Shown here in pieces: positions 40,217-52,398 of a DNA stretch of 64,000 nt; position 1 is the first letter of the stretch; every line of letters starts with the position of its first letter. The translations under genes were made by a program, and so were the position numbers. This DNA is from Naegleria gruberi (lineage: Eukaryota). The stretch lies in assembly GCA_000004985.1 (NCBI GenBank), contig GG738845.1, one strand, 5' to 3'. Below the pieces are notes generated by a model, which was not told the DNA's origin, searched no databases, and worked only from the letters and a program-made list of their open reading frames with translations.

Positions 40217-41991
40217 TTAGTTATCATCTTTATTCTGGATAGAATAGTCATCTCTATCCACAATCTTCATCCAACTTACACAATCCAATAAAAACTTTGT
40301 ACAAATAACGGTATGACCAGTTTCTCGTTCAACTTTAGCAGCATTTTCAATGGTAATTTCATTGTCACCAATGACAATATTATCATATTTTGATTTCCTT
40401 TGTGGTTTTTTAAAAGCAGTTTGAGAAACTGTTCCACCACCAAACTCTACTAGTTCAGTTAACTCTTTCTTTGTTGGATTTTTTGCCTTGGGATCAAATT
40501 TTCCCATAAAATAGAACCTGTAACCTGAAAATAATCTAGTATCTCCATTTGCCAATCTCTCTCTTGCTACTTTGCAAGAATCATATTTTACATTTGAATC
40601 TCCAAGAGCACAATATTCCAGTTCGTCAATATGAGAATTAGAGCTAATTACTTTTTCAATCCAATCAACTCCTACAATCCACACTCCAGATACTACTCCT
40701 ATACAATATTTAATAGTTCTTCGTGAATATCTATTATCATCCAAAGTGGTTATGAGATGAGTTACCTCGTGAGTAAATTCTGTAACTACATCAGCCCCAA
40801 GAACTTTTGCAGCCAAATCTAGCTTCTTCTTTGTGTCTCCATTAAGATTAGAGCCAATTAAACAAAGTTTTTTGAGTTTAGATCTCGATATTCTTTTCCT
40901 GCCAGTGGTGCTGGAACTTGTTTGAGAGTTTGTTTGCTGAGAAATGGCCGTGCTTACACTTGGTGGAACCAGCTCAGAAGGTTGGAAATTACTGGTAAAC
41001 GTTGTTAAGAAGGGAAACTTTTCATTCGAAAACCCAAACACACCATATATATCACTCAAATCAGATAGTAAATCCTCAATTTGTGATAACTTGAGTCTTT
41101 TAGCGCTCAAGTCAGAATCCACTTTTGATAATGCCTCCTTTGATCTACTGCCAGAACTAGCATCAATTATTGCTGTTGTTGAAGAATCTGAAATATTTCC
41201 ATCCTGCTCTGATGAAGAGGAAGGTTTACTTCTTGTAAACTTTCTCTTTCTGGTTAATGTTGTAGAAGTGGAGCTGCTTCCATAAATGTTATTAGTATTT
41301 GATTTTCGATTTGGTTGGGTAGGTTTTGGTGTTTTAAACTCGATATTATTTGCGGCAAGTTTGGTTGGATCGGGATACATTGAGCATAATTCTTCATATG
41401 TGTTTCCAGTTGTTGAATTTGGGATGTTATCAGAAACTACTTGTCGTTTTGGAGAAGATGGTTGTAATTCTATTGTTTGATTGAATTTCTTCTTCAATGA
41501 ATGAAATGCCTCAATCAGATTGGCAAGAGATTGCATAGGCATTAAATCTCTCTTGGATAGGATTGGTGTTTTACATAGAGGACACTCTTTCTTAGTCTTC
41601 ATACCCTCTTCAATACATTCATAACAGTAAATGTGACTGCAATGGGTGGCTGTTGGTTCTGTCCATACATCCATACTATGAATTCAAGTAGTTAGTTTAT
41701 AGTTGAAGGAAATTTTGATGTGAATTAAAATTTTAATTAGAAAATCCAATTATCAATCTTAACCTACCAAATAGCACAGCGTAATTCACTTTCAAAGGCA
41801 TCAAAATCCCTATTGGTTAATGGAAACGGTTGAAACTCTGTACTATTTTTGTTTGGAGGGGTTGGAAAACTATCAGATGGTGGCATTGAATGTTCATCAT
41901 CAGCAAAATCCAATCTCATAGAATCCGAAGTTTTGGAATTTTCTATTGGAGAAACTTTTTGATCCGACGATGAGGTTTTTCGTCTAGGCAT
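40217..41991 (-). CDS. BRCA1: BRCA1-like E3 ligase: N-terminal RING finger plus C-terminal tandem BRCT domains. Two exons: 41768..41991 and 40217..41675.
   Basis: The RING is split by a 92-nt GTAGGT...TCATAG intron. ELRCAIC|MDVWTEPTATHCSHIYCYECIEEGMKTKKECPLCKTPILSKRDL matches BRCA1 [53 protein letters not shown]. The C-terminal about 200 aa form two BRCT-like repeats (LCLIGSNL...GVWIVGVDWI...; LFSGYRFYFMG...). Confidence 0.75.
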
Positions 41992-42156
41992 TTTTTATTG
42001 TAACTGTATTTAAAACAATTCCTCCACTATTACGAATTGTAAAAAGGTTATTAATTCTTGCAAATTAAATCACCATTTTGAATAAATTAAATAATAAAAT
42101 TTTAGATTATTAATTTCGGATATTTTGTTGTTATTTATTTTACGCCATTTAAAAAA

Positions 42157-43899
42157 ATGCTTCGTTCTGTCGTTAAAGGTGCTTCACATTGTTTGTCAAA
42201 TAAGAATTCATCATCTTTGCTGGTTAGTCAAAGATTGTTGAGATCATCACAACAACATTATTCCACCGGACCAACATTCCAATATGAAGATCTCTTCCAA
42301 GTTGGAAAAGATGGAACTGAATATAGGTTAGTCAGCAAGGATCACATTTCCACCATCTCTGTTAAAGATGAAAAAAGTGGTGAAACCAAGGAAATTTTAA
42401 AAGTTGAACCAGAAGCCCTTTCAAAGATCACACAAGCTGCCATTTCTGATATTCAATATCTTTTACGTCCAGCCCACTTAAAACAACTTTCAAATATTTT
42501 GAAGGATCCAGAGGCTTCCCAAAATGATAGATTTGTAGCCATGACTCTTTTGAAAAATGCAGTTATTGCATCTGGAAGAAAACTTCCTGGTTGTCAAGAC
42601 ACCGGTACTGCTATTGTTATGGGCAAGAAGGGACAATTTGTTTGGACTGATGGAAAGGATGAAAAACATATTTCAGAAGGTGTTTTCAATACATACACCA
42701 AGCAATATTTGCGTTATTCTCAAGTTGCTCCATTAAATATGTACGAGGAAAAGAACACTGCTTGTAACTTGCCAGCTCAAATTGATTTATATGCCACTGA
42801 TGGTGATGAATACAAGTTTTTATTTATTGCTAAAGGTGGAGGTAGTGCCAATAAGACTTATCTTTACCAACAAACAAAGGCATTGTTGAACCCTGCCTCA
42901 CTAATGAAATTCTTGGAAGAAAAAATCAAATCAATTGGTACATCTGCCTGTCCACCATATCACTTGGCTATTGTCATTGGTGGTTTGAGTGCTGAACTCA
43001 CTCTTAAAACTGTCAAATTGGCCAGCACCAAATATTATGATGAATTGCCAACATCTGGTAGTCCAGGTGGTAGAGCTTTCCGTGATGTTGAATTGGAAAA
43101 GGAAATTTTAAAACTGACTCAAAAAATGGGTATTGGTGCTCAATTTGGCGGTAAATATTTCTGTCATGATATTAGAGTTATTCGTTTGCCACGTCATGGT
43201 GCTTCCTGCCCTGTTGGTATTGGTGTCTCTTGTTCTGCTGATAGACAAGTAAAAGGAAAAATTACCAAGGATGGTATCTATTTGGAAAGATTAGAAACTG
43301 ATCCAGCCCAATACCTCCCAGAAGTAAAAGAAAAAGATTTGAGTGAACAAGTTGTCAAGATTGACTTGAATAGACCAATGAAGGATATTTTGAGTGTTCT
43401 GAGCAAATACCCAATCAAGACAAGACTTTCATTGTCTGGTCCATTAATAGTTGCTCGTGATATTGCCCATGCTAAATTGAAGGAAAGACTTGATAGAGGA
43501 GAAGGTTTGCCAGATTATGTCAAAAATCATATTATTTATTATGCTGGTCCAGCCAAGACTCCTGAAGGATATGCCTCAGGTTCTTTCGGTCCAACCACTG
43601 CAGGTAGAATGGACTCATATGTAGACCTCTTCCAAAAGAATGGTGGTAGTTTAATCACTTTGGCTAAGGGTAACAGATCTCGTGAAGTCACTAAAGCTTG
43701 TTCTGAAAATGGTGGCTTCTATTTGGGATCTATTGGTGGTCCAGCTGCTATCTTGGCTGCTAATAACATCAAGAAGGTTGAAGTTGTTGAATATGCTGAG
43801 TTAGGTATGGAAGCTATCTGGAAGATTGAAGTTGAAGATTTCCCTGCATTCATTATTGTTGATGACAAGGGTGCTGACTTTTTCAAGGATTTGAACTAA
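42157..43899 (+). CDS. Class I (Fe-S dependent) fumarate hydratase, fused alpha+beta, with a mitochondrial presequence
   Basis: The [18 protein letters not shown] Fe-S hydro-lyase signature is present. At about 580 aa the length is typical of FumA/FumB-type enzymes. The N-terminus [31 protein letters not shown] looks like a transit peptide. Confidence 0.85.
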   Translation: MLRSVVKGASHCLSNKNSSSLLVSQRLLRSSQQHYSTGPTFQYEDLFQVGKDGTEYRLVSKDHISTISVKDEKSGETKEILKVEPEALSKITQAAISDIQYLLRPAHLKQLSNILKDPEASQNDRFVAMTLLKNAVIASGRKLPGCQDTGTAIVMGKKGQFVWTDGKDEKHISEGVFNTYTKQYLRYSQVAPLNMYEEKNTACNLPAQIDLYATDGDEYKFLFIAKGGGSANKTYLYQQTKALLNPASLMKFLEEKIKSIGTSACPPYHLAIVIGGLSAELTLKTVKLASTKYYDELPTSGSPGGRAFRDVELEKEILKLTQKMGIGAQFGGKYFCHDIRVIRLPRHGASCPVGIGVSCSADRQVKGKITKDGIYLERLETDPAQYLPEVKEKDLSEQVVKIDLNRPMKDILSVLSKYPIKTRLSLSGPLIVARDIAHAKLKERLDRGEGLPDYVKNHIIYYAGPAKTPEGYASGSFGPTTAGRMDSYVDLFQKNGGSLITLAKGNRSREVTKACSENGGFYLGSIGGPAAILAANNIKKVEVVEYAELGMEAIWKIEVEDFPAFIIVDDKGADFFKDLN

Positions 43900-44306
43900 A
43901 TTTTCCCACCAATTTTCTTTCCTATTGCGTGTTTTTTAGAAATAAAACTATTGTTTTAGTGTTAGTTTTTATCCCTTAGTAAATTTTTTTGTGACTTGAA
44001 CCAACTTTGGCCACTCCATAAAAGTTCCATAATCAGAAGTAGATATGGTCCGTTAAATATCTTGATAGCATAGCAAGTCCACTTCTTCAATTTCTTGTTG
44101 GATATCAGCTTGCTCAGTGGGTCTGATAACAATGGTAGGATTGGAATTTTGGATAAAAGAAATATGTGCTGTTTCAATCGAACTTTTCTTTTCTCTGTCT
44201 GTTGCATACAATTTCGCAGAACTGAGACATTTTCATATTGAACTCCATCCTTAGTTGCCAATTTGTTCATTATTATTGTCGCTTCACCATGATTGTCATC
44301 AAGTAA

Positions 44307-44322
44307 ATTTTCCCGCCAATTT
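44307..44322. promoter_or_regulatory. E2F-like element ATTTTCCCGCCAATTT, 31-46 nt upstream of the CDC16/APC6 ATG
   Basis: It is the canonical TTTCCCGC E2F core followed by CCAAT. A degenerate copy TTTTCCCACCAATTTT lies at 43901-43916, just after the fumarase stop. Confidence 0.45.
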
Positions 44323-44352
44323 ACTTTCTTTTTAAAATATTAATTTAAAAAA

Positions 44353-46313
44353 ATGCAACAATTACCAACAACACCTAGTTTTATTCTGGACTCGATAAAG
44401 AAGAAAGTAGAGTTTTTTATGGATCAACAGGAATATAGGAATGCCATATTTCATGCAGATAAATTATATCATTTAACTTTTCAAAATAAGAGAGATTGGA
44501 GTGTAAACAAAATTGAAAATTATTCCGATAAAGAACACGAAGCAATCTACTTGTTGGCTAAATCTTTCTATGGATCGGGGCAATACAAGAGAGCTTTACA
44601 TTTACTTACATCATCATTTGTAAATTTTTCTCAAACAGCACCAATGGACTGTTTCTTTTTGGCTGCTAAATGTTTGGAAAGATGTGACGATTGGTTGGAA
44701 ATTCTGAGCTTATTAGGCGACAATGATAATGAATTTGAACAAATCTTGGCAAGAAATGGATCTGAAAAGGTTGGTATTTCATTTTTATTACGTAACTACA
44801 ACTTGTAAAGTTTATTGCCAGTTTGTGTTTTTTAAGAGCCAAATCATTTGACATGATTGATAACAAACAGAGAGCAATTACATGGTATTCAAAGACTCTT
44901 GTTAATGACCCAAATTTTTATGAAGCATTTGAGAAATTAGTTGAAAAGAATTTATTGACAAACGCAAGTCAAGTATCACTTTTAAATCAAATTAATTTTT
45001 CCCAAGAGGATCAGTGGGTTAAATACTTTTATGAAACAAAAATTGATAGATATAGCTTTGTTATTGAAAATAGTAAGACTGCTCTTAAAAAATTGAGCGT
45101 GGAATATAACTTGTCTAAAAATCATGATGTAAGATGCAGTGAAGCAGAAAGGCACTTTTATTCCCAAAGATTCAATCAAGCTTATGACATTACCAAGCAA
45201 ATTATTGAAGAAGATCCATACAATCAGACGTGTTTACCAATTCATATTCTTACTTTGATTGAACTCAATAAGAAAAGTGAATTATTTTCACTTTCACACA
45301 AATTAGTTGATGATTATAAGGAATCGGCTGTTTCTTGGTTTGCCGTAGCTTGTTACTATTACAGCATTAAAAAATTCGCATCAGCACGGTCTTACTTTAC
45401 GTAAGTATATTCTCATAAGAAGGGTATTGATTGTAAACTCTTGTTACAAAAACTAAATTGAACAACTAGAAAGGCAACTAATCAAAATCCTCACTTTTTG
45501 GAAGCTTGGTTAGGCATTGGACATTGTTTTTCTGGTGATGTAAGTACAAGCAAATACCCTTTGTAAATAATTAAACTTTTCAAAAAGAATGAACCAGATC
45601 AAGCAATGGCAGCTTATAGAACAGCTTATAGATTGTTTACTGGAAGTCATTTACCGCCTCTGTATATTGGGATGGAACATATGAAAATTAACAATCTTAC
45701 ACTAGCTCAAAAATTTATTGAGCAAGCCCTAACAATATGTCCAACAGATCCCCTAGTACATAACGAGTTGGGTATGATTTGCTACAAGTGGAAGCTCTAT
45801 GATGAGGCCAAAAAACATTTTGAGAAAGCCTTACGACTTAATCCAAGAAAAGATGATTACTCGAGTAGTGAAGGAGTTATTACAAACCAATACTCATCAC
45901 ATTTTGTAGATAATGATAATAACCTAGTTGTTCAAATGTGGGAACCCATCCTTTTCAATTTGGCCAATACTTATAGAAAATTGAAACAATATGAACCAGC
46001 ATTAATCAATTACAAAAAGTGTCTGAGTTTACAACCAAAAAATGCCTCAATATACTCTGCTATTGGTCAAACATACCATTTACAACAATACAGTGGCAGC
46101 TCCAATTTACACACAGCTATAGAGTACTACCACAAGGCGCTTGCCCTTCAGCCAGATCATTCATTTACAGCAACAATGCTAAGTAAGGCACTAATTCAAA
46201 TATCCAGTCAATCACTGGAATATTTATTACAAGTTGAAGAACTGAGTGATGAAATGCAATACTCAATAGAGGAAGATGAAAATGCAAAACTCAATCAAGT
46301 TGTTCATCATTAA
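44353..46313 (+). CDS. CDC16: Anaphase-promoting complex subunit CDC16/APC6 (TPR). Four exons, approx 44353..44769, 44811..45400, 45470..45539 and 45588..46313.
   Basis: Similarity to human CDC16 is extensive. ERHFYSQRFNQAYDITKQIIEEDPYNQTCLPIHILTLIELNKKSELFSLSHKLVDDYKESAVSWFAVACYY matches ERHYYNCDFKMCYKLTSVVMEKDPFHASCLPVHIGTLVELNKANELFYLSHKLVDLYPSNPVSWFAVGCYY. DQAMAAY, LPPLYIGMEH and PKNASIYSAIG are present. The introns are 41, 69 and 48 nt (GTTGGT, GTAAGT, GTAAGT donors). They join ORFs 44353.., 44823.. and 45606... Confidence 0.85.
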
Positions 46314-46361
46314 TTGACTATCACCAGAAAACCCGTGTTAGAAATAAATTAATTCTTTTAA

Positions 46362-48047
46362 TTAGAGATTTTTCAAAACTTCATTCAAAGTTTGGAGGAA
46401 GATATTAGCATGATATTGGTGGAAGACTAACATTGGTCTGAGACGAATGGTGTTTGAACCACAAGCACCAGCTTCGACACCTCTGTGGAGCATTTGTTTC
46501 AATAATTCTCCTTGCTTGTTAGAATCGAAAGCAATGAAAGTACCAACACCTCTAACATTATCAATCTTTCCTGGATATCTTTGAGACAATTCTTGCAAAT
46601 GCTTCATCATGTAAGCACCAGTTTCATTGACCAATGACAAGAGATTATCTTTTTCAATAACATCAATAACATGACCAAATTGGATAGCACGGGTGTAATC
46701 ACCAAGCCAAGTATTGAAAATTCTGTATGGCATGTCAATCTTGAATTCTGGACGATGGAAAATACCAGCAGTTTGACACTTTTTGGAGAAACAGACGATA
46801 TCAGGACCATTTTCACCCAAACCCCATTGTTCATGAGCCCAGAAAGTACCAGTAGCACAGACACCAGTTTGAACTTCGTCACAAATAAAGGCAACATTAT
46901 TTTCCTTAGTAATTCTTCTCAATTCTCTGAAGAAATATGGCAAAGCATGTCTGTCACCACCTTCGGATTGGATAGGTTCAACAACCAAACCAGCAACATC
47001 ACCCCAAGGTGAGTTGGTTGAGTGGGAGAGTTTGATAGTCTTTTCAACTTCTTCCAAACATCTGTCCATTTCCTTCTTATTTTCAACTTCATGTTCACTC
47101 AATGGATATTTCAATTGAGGGAAGTCACAAACTGGCCAGTTGAAAGATGGGAAATCAACTTTGTGAATAGCCTTGCTGTGGGTGGCAGTAAGAGATCCAA
47201 GAGTTCTACCGTGGAATGATGCTTTGAAGGACAAAATTGACAAGTTTGGTGTACCTGGAGCATTGTTGAGAACAGAAGAGTCCATTTCTTGTTGGGATGG
47301 TGACTTGCCACCTCTTTGCAATTGACGATATCTACAGAAAGCAGTCTTGTAAGCATTTTCGTTACTATAGTCAAAATGAAAATTAGTTCAATTTCACAAA
47401 TTGAAACTTACGCTTCAGCTCCTGATGACAATGTAACAACATCAGTCATACCCTTTGGCATAACTCTAACAAATGATTCATTAAGAATGTCAATATAATT
47501 GTGTGGTGGATTGATACCCAAACTTGGTCTATTCAAGAAGCTGGTAGCATATCTGGAATCAGTTTGGAATTTTTCAATGAGATATGGATGGTTGTAACCG
47601 AGAGGGAGAGCAGAAATTTGAGTGAAAGTATCCAAAATAACATTGTCATCAGCATCAACAACAAAGTTACCCTTGCTCTTTTCAAAGTTAGCAACAAAGT
47701 GAGCAGTTCTCATATCCTAAATTAAATAATAAATATTTTCAATTTCCACAACGATTCTACATACCTGAATTTTGTTCATTCTCTCAACAAGTTCTTTGCT
47801 CTTTGGACCTGGACGTTCAGCAGATACCAATTTAATATTGTCATATTCTCCTGGGACATAATCTGGTTTCTTGGCATCGTTCAAAGCCAAAGTAAAGTTA
47901 CGTTGGCAAGCTAATCAAAATCCACAATATTTATAACATATTTTCCTACTATAAAAATCATCTGCAGCATCATAACTTACCCTTCTTTGCCAAAGTGGAG
48001 GTAGCCTTCTTTTGAGCAGCGTAAAGGATTGTCTTGTTTGCAAGCAT
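46362..48047 (-). CDS. ABAT: 4-aminobutyrate aminotransferase (GABA-T/ABAT), mitochondrial. Four exons: 47981..48047, 47765..47910, 47412..47716 and 46362..47364.
   Basis: IQSEGGDRHALPYFFRELRRITKENNVAFICDEVQTGVCATGTFWAHEQWGL...FSKKCQTAGIFH...YRIFNTWLGD is near-identical in pattern to human ABAT. The N-terminal exon encodes a presequence (MLANKTILYAAQKKATSTLAKK) after gaaaaaaATG. The introns are 70, 48 and 47 nt with GTAAGT/GTATGT donors. Confidence 0.9.
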
Positions 48048-48407
48048 TTTTTTCAACGAAGAAATTTTATTGGATCACCATCTTGAATCAATTCTATCCG
48101 ATTATTCAACGTTCTTTGAGAGTATTATTAAGGTCTTTTATGTTTTAGGATGAATTATTTTGTGCTGAGGTGATTTCAAAATAAAGAGAAACAAAATAAT
48201 TAATATGACAATTAATTGGAATAAGCTGAAATATTTGGTATTTCGAAAAAAATTACAAAAAAATTAAAAATAAATTAAAAAAAAACCCTACAGCATTTAT
48301 CACTCCTTCAGTCAGTGGTGTTTGTTGTTCAACTGATCAAAAACATCGCGCCTTGTACAAACTTCAAAAAATTATTTATTTATCATTATTATCTGTCGGA
48401 AAAAGGA

Positions 48408-51400
48408 ATGAGCAATAATCCACAAAATCCTTTTCAGAGAGGAGCTCCTGTGAATGCTCCAGGTACTTTTATACCATCTCCTAGGCTCTCCCCTCAAAAT
48501 AATAATTCACGAAATGTCACTCTACCACCACAACCTGTATCCTACTCAAGTAGCATTATGACATTAATTCCTCTTGATGCACCAGATGAATGGGATAAAC
48601 TGTTATCACAATGTTGGACAACACTTTGTGAGGAAATACAATTGCAACAAATAAGAAAAGATGAAAACTTGATATTAACAAAATTACAGGAAAAAAACTT
48701 TCCACCAAACAATAAGGTACCAATGTATGGCTTATTGTATGGAATATTAACAGCAGAAGATGCTACCCAATCTGGAATATTCTTTAGAATTTTAAACGCA
48801 ATTGTCCATGACCATAAGACTTTAAGTGATGAATTGAAAAAGTTTATAGAATCTAAATTTTACAAACTTCAGGATCCAATAACAGAAAGAATAGCAACAT
48901 TTTTGAATGATTGTATCAAAATTAATCCTCAATTTGATGCACCTTTCATTTCACTTGTTAAAAATATGAAAACCTACGAGTTTACGAAGAGAAATCTGAC
49001 TCTTGCCGATAAAATTTTGGACATTTGCTACCAAAATAAGGAATGGATTTATGCGAATGCCAAAGTTTTAATGAAAGTTTTGTATAGTTTCTTGAGAATG
49101 ATTGAGGATATGAAAATTTTTGGTGTGGATCGTCAGTATGAAGCTCTAATGAGAAAACAACTTCAATTGGTTGAAGATATAATCAGAGACAATTTACAAA
49201 AGGAGGCTATTCAATCTATGGGACGTGATTTTGTCAGAGTTGTTTATAGTCTTGCTAAGAAATACAAAGTGAGTGATAGTATGGAAAAACTTTTAGGAAA
49301 TCAAGATTTTTTAAAGATTATGAACTACCCTTCTTCATCACGCGTTTTAGATTGCAGAATTAGCCATGATATGTACACGCAAATTTCATTTTTAATAAGT
49401 AATGTCAAATTTGGTAATCAAAAAAGATATCAATCATGGTTTGCACAAAGATTTTTTGCAACTCCAGAAAGTGAAGCAGTTATTCCTGACTTGGTTCGTT
49501 ATATTAATTGTGTCTATCACCCACCTCATGAGTCTATGCCTAGATGGGCAGTACTAGGTTGGTTATTAAAATCTGTAAAGAATGAGAAGATTTTGGAAAA
49601 TACCAAACTAGCGATTGTTTATGATTTATTATTTACTATATCAAGTGATATGAATGAAGAGTTTGTAAAGAACATTGTTTCTCCAACATTCTTAATCCTT
49701 TCCAACAATGTTGGTAAATACCCAGAAATTACAAATTCCCTTCTAGACTTTATTTTCTACTTTATTGAAAGAACAGATCAATATTTACATTTAACCAAAC
49801 AACAGATTATTGGTTCATTACAGACCTGTACTCAAAAATTTGGTGCCAGTCATATTGCAACTGTAATAGAAAAAACTGATAATGAGAGAAGAGAAAGAGT
49901 TAAGAAATATTTCACAATCCAAAGTACACCACAAGTACAACCACCAGTTACTGTTACTCCTCTTCAAATACCTGAGGGAGCTCAATCAAATTCAAACAAT
50001 AAGTCCCCAACTCTCTCTCCATCAAAGATACCACCAAGCGCAAAGCAACCATCACAACAAACAAACCCTCCATCATCCGTTGATCCAACCAAGAACAATC
50101 CTCCTCTGGCTGTCAAAACAAATAATAGATCTGGCACAACTCCTTTAGCTCCAGTTTCTGTAAAATCTCCAACCTCACCATCAAGACAGCCATTTGCCTC
50201 TATTTCAAAAGAAACTGATAATAAGACTATTCGAGAATTGATTGAAGAAACCACAAAGACAGCAACTAACAAAACCAAATTTTTGGAATCGTTTGAACCA
50301 CTCATATCAAATCTTACCAAGCAAGTCGGTGACTATTATGACTCAATTTCGTCAACTAAACAAGAAGATAAAGAGGTAGAGGAACTAAGAAAGACTTGTA
50401 ATCAAACAATCAAGGAAGTTGTGGAGTTTTTCTCCAATAATGTCCTCAATCAACAACCTACAGATATTCAAGCTTTTGCCACATTTATCATGAGACTAGT
50501 TAGTTTTGAAATGTTGGCCCAAACACAATCAAATACATACAACCTACAACAAGGAAATCCTTCAGCAGTTATTGTACAAACCATTCTTAAAGAGCGTGCA
50601 GAAGATGAGAAAAAACATTTTGAAAAATGTTTACTTAGAAATCAATCAACTTTATTGTGTTGTCTTTTGGATGAAATTTGTACTAGAGTTCTATCATATC
50701 TTGGTAATCAAAACAAGGAAGCTTCATCAGCTGAAAAGAATAGAATTGCTAAATTGAAAGAAAAATTCTCCCATCTTGTCAAATTCATGTACAAGACGGA
50801 CATGTCACTTGGATATAGACTACTTTGTTTTTATGTCAGTAAGATTTACAATGATAAGATACAAGCATTGGATTTGCTTAAACCAACAAGCACTGATCCA
50901 TTTATTAACATTTTAATATTCAGTAACCACTATAAGTACAAATCGGGATATTCTGTATTTTATGATTGGACACTTGGTGCTCGGAAATCCAGTACCGAAG
51001 GAGCTCAAACACAAGATCAGGTTTTTATCAAAGATTTATCAACTTGCTTGGAAGATAATCATCTTCTTTTTATTAATTTGTTGCCAATTATTTCTAGAGA
51101 TTTTTCTCATTATATTCAAAAGAATAAGGAAGAATTTTTCAAATTAATCATAACCAAGTTACATCCATACGAACTGCAGCATGTTAACACATTTGTCCAA
51201 AATGGAAAACTTAAAATTTTATTCTCGCAAGGAAAAGCGAAGAAGGCTTCGGGTTCTGCTCAAACAAACCTGAATGGATTAGATTATATCTCTCAGGCGA
51301 TAGTAATGATTCAAAATCTGAATGATCACTTCTCAGACGATTACGAACACCAAATGTTTTGGACTTTACTCTCTAATGAAATCTGCTATAATCATACACT

Positions 51401-52382
51401 CTTCTGTATCAATCAAACAGAAGAGGAAAGCGAAAAGAAGACCAGCCAACAACAACAACAAGTAGGTCTCTATTACAAATTCCCAATATCCCAATTCATC
51501 ATTTCTCTCCTAAATACTTTATCTCAACATGAAGTTTATTCTGATATTCTTCTAACTCTTGTACAAAGACTTACAGCTATTAATCCTGACGGAGAGGCTT
51601 TGTTTAGCTATGAATTCATTCAATACGTAATGACGTTACCATTTGAAAAGTATACTACTTTCCCTTCAACCCTTTTGCATCACTATTTACAGTGCCAATA
51701 TATCAAAAATGATGGTTTCCTTCTTGAAGTTACTGAAAAGCATATTATTGGCGTTCTACAGGAATATCTTGAAAAGATGAACGACAAGAATGCCGAAACT
51801 TGTCAAGATATTCTTATGCATCTCTATTATATGAAACTTTTAACCAATCACTCACTTCACTATATGTCTTCAAACACCAATAATCATTACTTACTTTTTG
51901 AATGCGAAAATTTCCTCAAACAGATCAGAAAGATTAAGGGTCAATTGTCAAGTAAGAATGAAAAGATGAAGTTTATATTTACACAATTGATAGGAGATTT
52001 CGACCAGGGAGAAAATGAAGAAGATATCAACGAAGCAACCACTGATGATGCTGACGTCAAGATGACAGAAAAAACAGAGGAAGAAAAGGAAGAAGAAGAA
52101 TCTCCAAAGCCTCCAAGAAGTGCCAGAAACAAAAGAAATAAGAAAGTAGAGGTTAGTGAGGATGAAGAGGAGGTAGAAGAAGACGAAGAACAAAACAGTC
52201 AGGAAGAAGATGATGAAGAAACAAAACCTAAAAAGAGAAAAGTCACAAAGGAACAAAACGAGGAAGAACAAGAAAATGATGAGACCATTGAAGAAGAAAT
52301 ATCAGAAGATGAAGAAACCAAAGTTTTGAACAATATCAAGTCCAAGAGAAGAGGCTTTGTCAGAAGAAAGAAGGTAAAATAA
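48408..52382 (+). CDS. INTS3: Integrator complex subunit 3 (INTS3/SOSS-A) homologue
   Basis: [58 protein letters not shown] matches human INTS3 [68 protein letters not shown] matches KLALFYDWLF. The acidic C-terminus [13 protein letters not shown] matches EEEDTKPKPTKRKRK. The real start is the ATG at 48408; the track start at 48315 is non-ATG. Confidence 0.8.
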   Translation: [1324 protein letters not shown]

Positions 52383-52398
52383 ATTTGGCGCCAAATTT
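52381..52398. promoter_or_regulatory. E2F-like perfect palindrome AAATTTGGCGCCAAATTT, overlapping the INTS3 stop and 53-70 nt upstream of the Borealin-like ATG
   Basis: The 18-bp perfect palindrome centres on GGCGCC. It amounts to two overlapping TTTGGCGC E2F half-sites. Confidence 0.45.

Noticed and set aside
43962-44270. ORF-track entry of 102 aa (minus strand) in the fumarase/APC6 spacer, plus short alternative-frame peptides there (MEFNMKMSQFCEIVCNRQRKEKFD; ...DIQQEIEEVDLLCYQDI)
   Set aside because: I found no homology and could not join the frames with a plausible GT..AG intron. The region behaves as 3'UTR plus promoter. A tRNA-like GGTTCAAGTC at about 44005 does not fold into a cloverleaf.
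51948-52271. Antisense or nested small ORFs inside large genes (for example 789..1004, 7578..7778, 10099..10392, 16798..17130, 29919..30170, 39176..39397, 51948..52271, 53589..54032, 60401..60589)
   Set aside because: They lie wholly within better-supported CDSs on the opposite strand or in another frame. Their low-complexity composition is driven by the sense codons, for example K/E-rich sense giving F/L-rich antisense. They have no start context.
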